This document shows positions 27,754-36,326 of a DNA stretch of 64,000 nucleotides, piece after piece. The position numbers and the translations under genes are program-made. Under the pieces are notes generated by a model. It made no database searches and was not told the DNA's origin. It saw only the letters and a program-made list of their open reading frames with translations. Numbering within the stretch: position 1 is the stretch's first letter; each line of letters opens with the position of its first letter. The stretch is from a virus (taxonomy: Duplodnaviria > Caudoviricetes): the IMG/VR virus record IMGVR_UViG_3300017963_000189, one strand, 5' to 3'.

Positions 27754-28431
27754 TTATAAGGATTTTTTAGTTGAACCAGTTTGTGCTATTCGTTTCTTGG
27801 CAACTTTACGAGAAATTGTACCAGGAACTTCATTAAACATAACAAATTTAAGCTCTTCGCGAACCAACTTACGTACATAATTCTCAACTTTTTCTTGAGC
27901 AAGAATTTGATCACGTTTTTTAGCTTTCAAGCGTTGTGTTGGATTGTGTTCAGGTTCACCAGCAGCTTGAGAAACAGGTTCTAATGTTTCCTCAACAGCT
28001 TCTTCACCACTACCACCTTCACCTTTTGCTTTCCATTCGGCATCAACATCAGCAAAAAAGGTTTTCTTTTCTTCGTCACTCATTTGACCTAAATTACGGC
28101 CACCAAGTTTTTCTTTGAAAAACTTTTGGTATTCGGTTTCTTCTTGTAAAACTTCTTTGATAAGTTCTACAAGTTGTGTTCTTGTCATCTTCATTGTGTT
28201 TTCTCCTTGTTTATTTTCAGCTAATCCCACTATATTTACGTGCGGGATTGTTATATTATTTATTAAATATTGAGGCTTCCCTGTAAAATCTTTAGTCCTC
28301 TTTGCGATACGGCCAACTTTCTCTTTACTCTTTTCGGCTTTCGATCCAGCTACCATCGGGCTTGCCCCGTAATCAATGTAGTATTTTACCTTGTCGCCTT
28401 TTTTGTACATCTTTTTAGTTTTTTCTGCCAT
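27754..28431 (-). CDS. Multi-module hypothetical protein (KOW-like plus YQxFF module)
   Basis: YKKGDKVKY; internal MKMTRTQLVELIKEVLQEE leader; TEYQKFFKEKL...KKTFF...W module. Confidence 0.75.
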   Translation of the reverse strand: MAEKTKKMYKKGDKVKYYIDYGASPMVAGSKAEKSKEKVGRIAKRTKDFTGKPQYLINNITIPHVNIVGLAENKQGENTMKMTRTQLVELIKEVLQEETEYQKFFKEKLGGRNLGQMSDEEKKTFFADVDAEWKAKGEGGSGEEAVEETLEPVSQAAGEPEHNPTQRLKAKKRDQILAQEKVENYVRKLVREELKFVMFNEVPGTISRKVAKKRIAQTGSTKKSL

Positions 28432-28441
28432 TGTATTACTC

Positions 28442-28969
28442 CTATCTTACCAATTCATGATCTTTACAATATTTTATTAATTTTTGTATATCTTCATCAG
28501 GAAAATCTTTACCATATACATTTCCTGCTCTACCTTTTCTTAAAAAATTCTCAAACCCTTTGTCCACTCGACCTTGAGCAGCTTGAACAGCAAGAGCAAC
28601 ATAATTCCTCTCCGCATCGTCTAAAAGATTTCCATTACTCAATACAAAATTTCTCAACTCAGGATACGCATCTTCATAAAACTTTCCTTGTGTCTTGAAA
28701 CTAATGTTTGGTTTTTTCTCAGGTTCCTTTTGACCTGGCTCACCTTTTTCCTTTTCCTTCTCTTGTTCGGCTTCCTCGCGATCTTCCTCTTTTTCTTCCT
28801 CATGATCAAATCGTTGTTTACTCAAATCTAACTTTTGTTGTTGTATGTCAGCTTTCTGTTTCGCAATGTCCTCTTTGTCCTTATCGATTTTTTCTTTTTC
28901 ATCTTCAGGTTGTTCCATAATCCTATTTATTTCTTCTATAATGATTTCCCTTATTCTTTGTATATCCAT
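28442..28969 (-). CDS. Hypothetical protein, class-B leader
   Basis: MDIQRIREIIIEEINRIME; charged linker. Confidence 0.75.
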   Translation of the reverse strand: MDIQRIREIIIEEINRIMEQPEDEKEKIDKDKEDIAKQKADIQQQKLDLSKQRFDHEEEKEEDREEAEQEKEKEKGEPGQKEPEKKPNISFKTQGKFYEDAYPELRNFVLSNGNLLDDAERNYVALAVQAAQGRVDKGFENFLRKGRAGNVYGKDFPDEDIQKLIKYCKDHELVR

Positions 28970-28973
28970 TTTA

Positions 28974-29243
28974 TTATTCCCCTATTTGAGATTTTATTAA
29001 CATCGCAATTACAACTCCCAAAAGTCCAGCAAGTAAACCCCACACACCGGATTTAACTTGTAGTTTAGTTATCTCTCTTTCTAACTCATTTAATTTCGGT
29101 ACTATATCATCCTCTATCTTTTCCCTTATCTTGTCAACTTCTTTACGGAGTCGCCGTAAAGTTTCTATAACATATATCTTGTATCTGCCCCAACTCTTAT
29201 CATCATTCTCGACATTTCCAAGATCGCCAAATTTTTCATCCAT
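28974..29243 (-). CDS. Coiled-coil protein with C-terminal TM (holin/XhlA-like candidate)
   Basis: LNELEREITKLQVK followed by VWGLLAGLLGVVIAMLI. Confidence 0.4.
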   Translation of the reverse strand: MDEKFGDLGNVENDDKSWGRYKIYVIETLRRLRKEVDKIREKIEDDIVPKLNELEREITKLQVKSGVWGLLAGLLGVVIAMLIKSQIGE

Positions 29244-29253
29244 GTTTCACCTT

Positions 29254-29526
29254 TTATTTTGCACTTTTGTTGAAAATACTATCTGCAGCAAATCCTACTC
29301 CAAATGAAGCAACCCATCCTAAACCACCACTGGCAACTAACGCTCCAAACGCTACTATAGCAGCTATCACCGTTACTACAGATTCTTTTAAATGAGTTTT
29401 AAAATATGTTTTAATATCGGCTAAAGTTTCACCTTTGATTTTTCTTTTCGCAAAGTGTGAAATAACACCTAATAACATAATAAAAAAGTTTAATAATACA
29501 TACCAAAATGTATATTCACCAAACAT
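29254..29526 (-). CDS. Holin-like membrane protein (2-3 TM)
   Basis: 90 aa with several hydrophobic segments; C-terminal FGVGFAADSIF. Confidence 0.5.
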   Translation of the reverse strand: MFGEYTFWYVLLNFFIMLLGVISHFAKRKIKGETLADIKTYFKTHLKESVVTVIAAIVAFGALVASGGLGWVASFGVGFAADSIFNKSAK

Positions 29527-30110
29527 TAATCCTCTCCCTCTTTAAGTTTATCTAACTCTTTATTCACTTCCTCAAGTTCTTTTTCCCAAAATTTGATCAA
29601 ATCATTTATATCAACATCCATCTTTTTCACTTCACCTTCAGATGTTACATATTCCAAACATCCCTTTTCTTTCATTTGTTTTATGTAACTCTCAATCTCA
29701 AGTTTAGAATCTTCATAAAATCCATTTTTCTTGTTATTCATATACTTTTCTTGATAACCAATAAAAGTACCCTCTTTCTCCATCTGGGCGTCCCGATCAA
29801 GTAAACATTGTAAACAAAACCCAAACTTATAATATACTTCAGTATCCTTTGACCTTTTACCCATTATTCCACTACATTTTGGGCAAAACAATGGTACTCT
29901 TACATCAGAAAACTTTGGAATACTTCTTACGATTCCATCTTTCATTTCCCACTCTTTACCATATTCATCTGTCCATGTGTCGCCTTCTTCGTGGCGCTCT
30001 TCTACCTTATCATAACCTATTTGAATCTTCTTGTCCGCTACACCGTGTAACGTCTCTTGAATCTTCTTTGGTTTTATGTAACCCATAGGCCTTAAACTTG
30101 ACTTCGCCAT
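29526..30110 (-). CDS. Hypothetical protein with CxxC...CxxC zinc finger
   Basis: PLFCPKC...GFCLQC; GGAGG SD. Confidence 0.7.
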   Translation of the reverse strand: MAKSSLRPMGYIKPKKIQETLHGVADKKIQIGYDKVEERHEEGDTWTDEYGKEWEMKDGIVRSIPKFSDVRVPLFCPKCSGIMGKRSKDTEVYYKFGFCLQCLLDRDAQMEKEGTFIGYQEKYMNNKKNGFYEDSKLEIESYIKQMKEKGCLEYVTSEGEVKKMDVDINDLIKFWEKELEEVNKELDKLKEGED

Positions 30111-30118
30111 ACTGCCTC

Positions 30119-30628
30119 CTATAATTTATTTTTTATCAAATTTTTTAATTTTATTCTCGTCTCTACCAAACCAAATTCTTTGGCTAATTTTATAGCTTCC
30201 GGTTCATCAGCCAAACCACTTTTTACAAGTTTTGTATAATACTCAGGATCTTCCACTAAATGATCAATGGCAATCTCTTTAGCAGCTTCAGGATCAGGAG
30301 TATGTTCCATTTCTACCGCAATACCAACTTTTAGTTGTTTTGGACAAACCTTTTCTTCAGGTGTCCCGCTTCCTTTACCACCAGGTATTATATCTTCTCT
30401 CGTCAAATGTTTTGGGAATGGAAACATCGGCTTACCACCAGCAGCTTTATTTTTTGGAGCATATTTATTCCATAATTTCTCAGCAACTTTCTTGTCCACT
30501 TGTCCTAATAAGCTGTGTATCTTCTTTTGAACTTCATTCCCTTTTCGCCATTGATGTCCACTCGCCGTATGATCATAATACCAATTATGACCCTTCATTA
30601 ACGATTCTAATTCTTGAGCAACTCCCAT
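30119..30628 (-). CDS. DUF5661-like domain protein
   Basis: QLKVGIAVEMEHT.DPEAAKEIAIDHL.EDPEYYTKL matches the recalled DUF5661 core. Confidence 0.65.
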   Translation of the reverse strand: MGVAQELESLMKGHNWYYDHTASGHQWRKGNEVQKKIHSLLGQVDKKVAEKLWNKYAPKNKAAGGKPMFPFPKHLTREDIIPGGKGSGTPEEKVCPKQLKVGIAVEMEHTPDPEAAKEIAIDHLVEDPEYYTKLVKSGLADEPEAIKLAKEFGLVETRIKLKNLIKNKL

Positions 30629-30639
30629 ATCATTACTCC

Positions 30640-31113
30640 TTATATTTTACCTTCATACCCAATAGCTTTATCACCAACAACTAATTCGGCATCATCGGCA
30701 TATTTTTTATTGACAATCACTAATGTTTTTCCACCATGTTTAATTCTAAAATGAGCAACAGGTGACATAACAAAATCAATGTCCTTTTTCTTGAAAATAG
30801 CTTCTAATGGTTTTCTCATACTCATTAAAGCATTATCTTTAGCTATTTCACCAACCTTAGCAATTATCGGGTCTGTCGCCTCATTTATATTTTTATCCTC
30901 TAAAACCTCAACAATCATTTCACGAATCTCTTGACGTATCACACCCTCTTTGATTTTTTTCTTCGCCGCTGGCCACTCTTTCTTGATACGATTGAAAAAT
31001 TCACTTCTCTTGTCGCCTAATTGAACAGGTGATTTCACTTCGTATTCGTCCATAAGAGCTTTGAAAAACTCCCGGTACGCTTGTTGTAATTTACTTAACT
31101 TTACTTTCGCCAT
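30640..31113 (-). CDS. Multi-module hypothetical protein (YxxFF module)
   Basis: AYREFF...SPVQLGDKRSEFFNRIKKEW; internal IRQEIREMIVEVLE leader; NINE site. Confidence 0.75.
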   Translation of the reverse strand: MAKVKLSKLQQAYREFFKALMDEYEVKSPVQLGDKRSEFFNRIKKEWPAAKKKIKEGVIRQEIREMIVEVLEDKNINEATDPIIAKVGEIAKDNALMSMRKPLEAIFKKKDIDFVMSPVAHFRIKHGGKTLVIVNKKYADDAELVVGDKAIGYEGKI

Positions 31114-32020
31114 TGTTTATCTCCTTATAGCTCTTTTTATTTTTCATTTCTTCTTTATGATACCCCTTTTTGAGTCTCAAATGTTCCTTGTCAAAAATAC
31201 CCTCTTTTACACCTTTTTTCAAATAATAACCTATTGACGAAATAGCATCACTTAAAAAATCTTCGTCAAATCTCAGATAATACCTGGCTCTCTTTTTACC
31301 CAAATCTTTTTCACTTTGAATGGCGATTTGTTTTATCATATCATCTTGTTTCATACCTTTTTTGACTTTTTTATCTTTAATCAACTTTTTCGCCAATTCT
31401 TCGTGATAATATTCCTCTTTCAATATATGTTGGTATTCCTCTACAATAATCTCATAAAGTCTTTCTCTTGTGATTCCCATTTTCACATTCTCCTTTTTGA
31501 GCCGTGATTTTTCTCGGCGACCCTTATTAGTTGATTCATCCTCAAATCCACTTATCTTGCCACCTTTATGTGACGCATCCTTTCCATCACCATTTCCATA
31601 TGTACCTTTATCCCTATTGTACTTATTCAACTCTGCTCGATATTTCTTCATCTTATCTGATGATTGAAATTTCTTGTATTCATCCTTGTAATCTCGTTCT
31701 TTTTCTTCTTTCATCAACCCACGATTTACAAACCATTGTTTGTAAAATTGTGGAACATTGTTGAATTCCCTTATGGGAAATTCTTTGAGTACCGTCCAAT
31801 AGGCTTCCATTTGTAAAGATTGTCGTTCATTGTTTTGTGATGAAATAGGTACAATCTCATATTTGTCGCCAATCTTCTCGGCGCTCATCCACGAGGCAAA
31901 TGAGTTGTTTGTCTTGATCGCAATACGGTCACCATACGATTGTGTACCATATTTCTCAACCATCGCCTCATATAAAGCCTTGTCCGCATATAATTTAAAA
32001 TTTTTAAACTCTACAATCAT
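31091..32020 (-). CDS. Multi-module protein with HNH-like segment
   Basis: RAELNKYNR...GDGKDASHK...STNKGR resembles a His-Me finger; internal ITRERLYEIIVEE leader. Confidence 0.5.
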   Translation of the reverse strand: MIVEFKNFKLYADKALYEAMVEKYGTQSYGDRIAIKTNNSFASWMSAEKIGDKYEIVPISSQNNERQSLQMEAYWTVLKEFPIREFNNVPQFYKQWFVNRGLMKEEKERDYKDEYKKFQSSDKMKKYRAELNKYNRDKGTYGNGDGKDASHKGGKISGFEDESTNKGRREKSRLKKENVKMGITRERLYEIIVEEYQHILKEEYYHEELAKKLIKDKKVKKGMKQDDMIKQIAIQSEKDLGKKRARYYLRFDEDFLSDAISSIGYYLKKGVKEGIFDKEHLRLKKGYHKEEMKNKKSYKEINNGESKVK

Positions 32021-32283
32021 ACTTTCAACTCATTTATTCTTTTACCAATACGTGTAGATGATTCATACACTACTTGTTGTTTACCGGTTTCGGTGTTAAT
32101 CACTTTGATGAATCCCCAATCTTTTTGATTCGCCCAACGATTGATAGTTTCAATAGCTTCCGTCATAGAAACAACATTATTGTGTCCACTGGCCCACTGT
32201 AATCTGTAGATTCTTGGATTATCTTCTTTGTTTTCATTTGTTTCGTCGATAATCTTTTGGACGATGTTTTCATAATCACTCAT
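32017..32283 (-). CDS. Hypothetical protein
   Basis: Start at 32283 (MSDYENIV, AGGAGAG SD). Confidence 0.7.
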   Translation of the reverse strand: MSDYENIVQKIIDETNENKEDNPRIYRLQWASGHNNVVSMTEAIETINRWANQKDWGFIKVINTETGKQQVVYESSTRIGKRINELKV

Positions 32284-32299
32284 TTTAATCTCTCCTATA

Positions 32300-32899
32300 T
32301 TATGTTGGTATCTTGTCAAATTCTAAACCATACTTTTCACACAACTTTATACAATTTCTGTACGCTGAAAAGGCTTCATGTTCATTATCACTTTTTGACA
32401 ATCTTTTTAATTTTTTTACTTTTTTAAATTCTTCATGAGTCATATTCCCATAAATAAAATTTTCCACCGTAGGAACATTATCTCGTTCTATTTCTTCATG
32501 TAACAAACGACCGACTTTCCTATCATGTTCTTTCGTCGCAGTTAACGAATTTCCAAACATCATATTCGAAATGTTTTCATTACGTTGTGCGTCTTCATCT
32601 TTATATTCATACATCAAAAAATAAAGAAAATTCAATATTGGTGTATGTACCGTAGGAATAAACCCATGTTCCTTTACAACATCGGCTTCCGATTTTCCTC
32701 GTCTTTTACCATCTTCAAGTAAAAGTTGTTGTTTTCGTGTTCCTTCCTCAATCCTTTTTTGGTATCGCTCATTATAATTATTAGCGACCTCATTCAAACC
32801 CTCTTTTGATTTTTTGACCTTTTTGACCTGATCCACTATTCTATTACTCAAAATTGGATCATCTTTTAATATCGCCATGAGCGATGTACTCTTATTCAT
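32300..32899 (-). CDS. Hypothetical protein with C-terminal DUF2786-like motif
   Basis: KVKKLKRLSKSDNEHEAFSAYRNCIKLCEKYGL compared with recalled DUF2786 K..KLL.LA.S.NEHEA..A...A..L..KY.L. Confidence 0.55.
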   Translation of the reverse strand: MNKSTSLMAILKDDPILSNRIVDQVKKVKKSKEGLNEVANNYNERYQKRIEEGTRKQQLLLEDGKRRGKSEADVVKEHGFIPTVHTPILNFLYFLMYEYKDEDAQRNENISNMMFGNSLTATKEHDRKVGRLLHEEIERDNVPTVENFIYGNMTHEEFKKVKKLKRLSKSDNEHEAFSAYRNCIKLCEKYGLEFDKIPT

Positions 32900-32924
32900 A
32901 CGTCACCTTTCTATTATACACTAC

Positions 32925-32935
32925 ATATAAATATA
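32925..32935 (-). promoter_or_regulatory. TATATTTATAT motif
   Basis: Exact 11-mer, intergenic, about 25 nt upstream of 32899. Confidence 0.6.
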
Positions 32936-32959
32936 TCTTTATTTTATTTACCCTCTTTT

Positions 32960-35758
32960 TTACCCAAATTTAATAGAACCAAGTATTTGATTTATAGGGG
33001 CAAACGTTCCGGTCAACTTATAAAGTTTATCCTTATACATAAATGTAATTCCTTCAGTTGGCACTATAGCATCAAATCCACCGATTGCATTCAATCTATC
33101 AAGTTGTACTTTCAACTTTTCCATCTTCTTTACATCATTCGCCGTTTCAAGTTCCTTTATCGTAGAGTCCAATTCTTTCTTCATTCGTTGTTGTGACGAT
33201 TCTGGGGCGACCGCAAGAAATTCATTCAAATTCTTTAACACCTGAGCACCTAACTCCAAAAATAATAATTCAAATGGTTGTAAATTCTTCTTAACTTGAA
33301 CAGCATGTTTCGTCTTGTCATACTTTAACGCCCAATCCAAAAACTTCTTGTCGTCTATTTCCTTTTTCATATCGTTGACCTTGTATGACTTGTCATTGTA
33401 CGCCCAACGTTTTATCAAATTCGTCAATACACTGTTTGGAAGTTTATATTTCTTCTTTTTCGCCTCTTTTGTAATAAAATCTTCCCACCATTTTTGATGA
33501 TACATAATGATTAAATCACTATCTTTTAATCCATATTTACTTTTTAACTTATTTAACCTATTATTGAACTTCGATTTTTGTTTTGAAAAATCTTGTGACT
33601 TTGGTAATGTGATAATTGGATTTTTTGAAAGTTTGAAATTCTCTTGAACCTCTTGATTTATTTGACGTATCATTCCATCTAACATTCTCGCTGATTCAGT
33701 ACTTCCGCCCACAGGATTTCCATCTTCATCATATTCAATCGATCCGTGAAAGATTAAAATAGGAAAATCATAAGGTACTACATTCGTTGTTGCTGGATAA
33801 ACTACTTCAATGTTCATGAAATTTTTACCTTCATCAAATACTTTTCTTCGTTGTTTTTCACTCAACTTTGATATAGCATTTTCCATATCTTTCATAGCAA
33901 ATGTAAACGCATCATGAATCGCACCACGTCCGGCAAACATATCACTTATTTGTTGTGTCGTAAGGGCTTCCGCTCCAAAATTTTTGATGTGTCCTTTGTT
34001 TCTTGCAGCGATTAATTTTCCATCTTTCCACGAAACCATAATGTTTTGACCATCTATTTTTTCTTGTACATTTTCAAGGCTTCCCTCAAGAGCCGTATCA
34101 ATCATTGTTTTTAAGTCGCCAAAAGTTAAATCCCAATCATCAAATGGATGGGCAAGATGTCCAAACGCACCGCCTTCATTCAATACTTGTTTGTCGGTCA
34201 TTACATTGTTTGTCCACCATTCTTTTGAAAAAATACTTTCCTCTAATGGTTGTGATGCGTCACTCGTATCTTGTACTAATGGTTCATGAGTCGCCATTTC
34301 TTTCTTTGGATCATCGATGATATTATCTTTCTTCTTATCACCTAATAACCAATCAACTACCTCATATCCCAAACGATTGGCGATGTGATCCATGTGTGAT
34401 TTGTATTTCGCTATTGGATCAGGATAAGTTGTGTCTCTTACTCCCACGTCACCAAATGAAACATCACTTACATGATCATATTTATATCTTTGATCAGCAT
34501 ATTCCTCTTTATCACCAGCTAAATAATCTACAATCTGCCATCCTAACTTGCCAGTTATTTCGTCCACGTCTCTATGATAATTGTTTGGATGTTTATAGAA
34601 TGTGGCTGGCCCGTCGTCAACGGAAGCATCATCCGCTTGAGTTACCTCAAGTAATAGTTGTTTTACATTTACTTCACTTAAAAAATCCTCTATTACGCTT
34701 GTCGCCAAGATTACACTCTCACTAAGTTTATTCGTGATCAAATCAAATGTTTTTTGATCAAATTTTCCATAAAGTTTTTTGTATAAAGCTTTCTTTCCCT
34801 TTTCACTTAATTGATCACTACCAAATAAATTTCTTAGTTGTGTTCCACTTATATTCTTTCCTGCTACATCTATCTTGAGTATAGGAGCAGTAATGTAATA
34901 ACCCTCTTGATCAAATCCTTTTACATTTTTTCCGGTCCACGGTTTAAAATATTTTCCACCAAGGCGACCAGCATCTTTTTCACTAAATACCGTCACATAA
35001 GCAGTTTTACTTGGATCATATTTCTTTTTAATTTCTACAGGATTAAATGGATTTTTTACTTTAACTATATTACCCTTTGGTATATCAAAGTTTTTAGAAA
35101 TTATTTGTTTCTTTTCCATAAAGTTAAAAGGCGATCTTCCTGGCTCAACTTTATCAGATGTACCGATAAAAGTATTCTTCTTTCCAAACTTTTTCGCTAA
35201 TAAATCATACATAGAATAATGACCTTTATGAAATGGTTGAAATCGACCTGCAGTTACAGCAACTACGTCCTTTACTTCGTTTTCTTCCTCTTTCACTACC
35301 ATTTTCTTCGGATTCGCCAACCATGAATCATTACCAAATCTACCCTCTCCAAGTTGTGAAGCACTATCATCAAAAGTCGTTAACGCTTGTTCTAATGGTA
35401 AATCTACTTTCGTTACTGGAATGGTGTAATCGTCGCCATGTACTTCTTTATAGGCTAACCATCTATGATGTCCATCAAGTATCTTTCCCTCTTTTGATAC
35501 AAATAAAGGATGTGTTACCCAATCAGTTTCCTGTATTTTCTTTTTTAAACTCTCAAGTTTCTCCGGTATATAATCTTCTTGAGTCGGTTTTAAATCACTA
35601 CATTTAGCATTTCCTTGTTCATATCCAATATCATTTTCATCAAAGATTTTCAATACCTCGTCCACATCCTTGCCCTTGACCTGAGGCATATCTTTCCTCT
35701 CGATCTCTTGTATCATTTCTAAAATTATCGTTTCACTAAACTTCTTTATGTTATCCAT
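32960..35758 (-). CDS. Polyprotein: ParB/Srx-like domain, HxGH nucleotidyltransferase, and KxDG ligase-fold (DUF6267-like) domain
   Basis: LKPTQ...ILDGHHRW; AGRFQPFHKGH; GGAFGHL.HPFDD...QEKIDGQN...EGI...YKLTG. Confidence 0.7.
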   Translation of the reverse strand: MDNIKKFSETIILEMIQEIERKDMPQVKGKDVDEVLKIFDENDIGYEQGNAKCSDLKPTQEDYIPEKLESLKKKIQETDWVTHPLFVSKEGKILDGHHRWLAYKEVHGDDYTIPVTKVDLPLEQALTTFDDSASQLGEGRFGNDSWLANPKKMVVKEEENEVKDVVAVTAGRFQPFHKGHYSMYDLLAKKFGKKNTFIGTSDKVEPGRSPFNFMEKKQIISKNFDIPKGNIVKVKNPFNPVEIKKKYDPSKTAYVTVFSEKDAGRLGGKYFKPWTGKNVKGFDQEGYYITAPILKIDVAGKNISGTQLRNLFGSDQLSEKGKKALYKKLYGKFDQKTFDLITNKLSESVILATSVIEDFLSEVNVKQLLLEVTQADDASVDDGPATFYKHPNNYHRDVDEITGKLGWQIVDYLAGDKEEYADQRYKYDHVSDVSFGDVGVRDTTYPDPIAKYKSHMDHIANRLGYEVVDWLLGDKKKDNIIDDPKKEMATHEPLVQDTSDASQPLEESIFSKEWWTNNVMTDKQVLNEGGAFGHLAHPFDDWDLTFGDLKTMIDTALEGSLENVQEKIDGQNIMVSWKDGKLIAARNKGHIKNFGAEALTTQQISDMFAGRGAIHDAFTFAMKDMENAISKLSEKQRRKVFDEGKNFMNIEVVYPATTNVVPYDFPILIFHGSIEYDEDGNPVGGSTESARMLDGMIRQINQEVQENFKLSKNPIITLPKSQDFSKQKSKFNNRLNKLKSKYGLKDSDLIIMYHQKWWEDFITKEAKKKKYKLPNSVLTNLIKRWAYNDKSYKVNDMKKEIDDKKFLDWALKYDKTKHAVQVKKNLQPFELLFLELGAQVLKNLNEFLAVAPESSQQRMKKELDSTIKELETANDVKKMEKLKVQLDRLNAIGGFDAIVPTEGITFMYKDKLYKLTGTFAPINQILGSIKFG

Positions 35759-35759
35759 A

Positions 35760-36314
35760 TTATTTTCCTACTTTTTGATACAACTTATCTTTTATCTTTG
35801 GATTTATTTCTATCTTTTTCGCCTCTAAATAATCCAAGGCTTTCTTGTATTTTAATTGTTGTTTTGGTGAAGGCTTATCACTCAAGTTGTCCTCTAAATC
35901 TAATAACTTTATATCAAACGCGGTTGGCGACATCTTAGCCAATTTGTAAAGATATGTAGAATAATCTATACCTTTATCATGTGACATAATCGTTACTAAC
36001 TTAGCAATCGTTCCACCAAATAACTCTTTTATCCTCTTTAGAGTCCTTTGTGGATTTTTAGAATCTTCATACGTATCATGTAATATAGCAAGAATTTGAT
36101 GTTTCTTTGATAACCCTCTCTTTTTTGCGCGGTGATACACCCGCATTGGATGTACCATATAGGGCAACGGAGATTTCTTTCTCCATTGACCGGAATGAAC
36201 GTCACGAGCTAAATCAATAGCTTGTGTGACTTGATCTATTTCTACTAACGCAATATTGAAACGAAAGTCGTCATATTCTTCGCTTATTAATTGACGTATC
36301 GATTCTCTTAACAA
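35760..36314 (-). CDS. RelA/SpoT-type HD-domain hydrolase (small alarmone hydrolase-like)
   Basis: A...H.GQ.RK...PY..HP..V, AILHDTYED and KLLDLEDNL motifs. TTG start with GGAGA SD. Confidence 0.85.
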   Translation of the reverse strand: MLRESIRQLISEEYDDFRFNIALVEIDQVTQAIDLARDVHSGQWRKKSPLPYMVHPMRVYHRAKKRGLSKKHQILAILHDTYEDSKNPQRTLKRIKELFGGTIAKLVTIMSHDKGIDYSTYLYKLAKMSPTAFDIKLLDLEDNLSDKPSPKQQLKYKKALDYLEAKKIEINPKIKDKLYQKVGK

Positions 36315-36326
36315 GAGTATTCTCCG

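Noticed and set aside
31091-31113. Possible frameshift at the 23-nt overlap of 31091..32020 with 30640..31113, and at the 77-nt GT/SbcCD overlap
   Set aside because: No broken motif or slippery site; both downstream genes have usable starts. Only read data could show an error.
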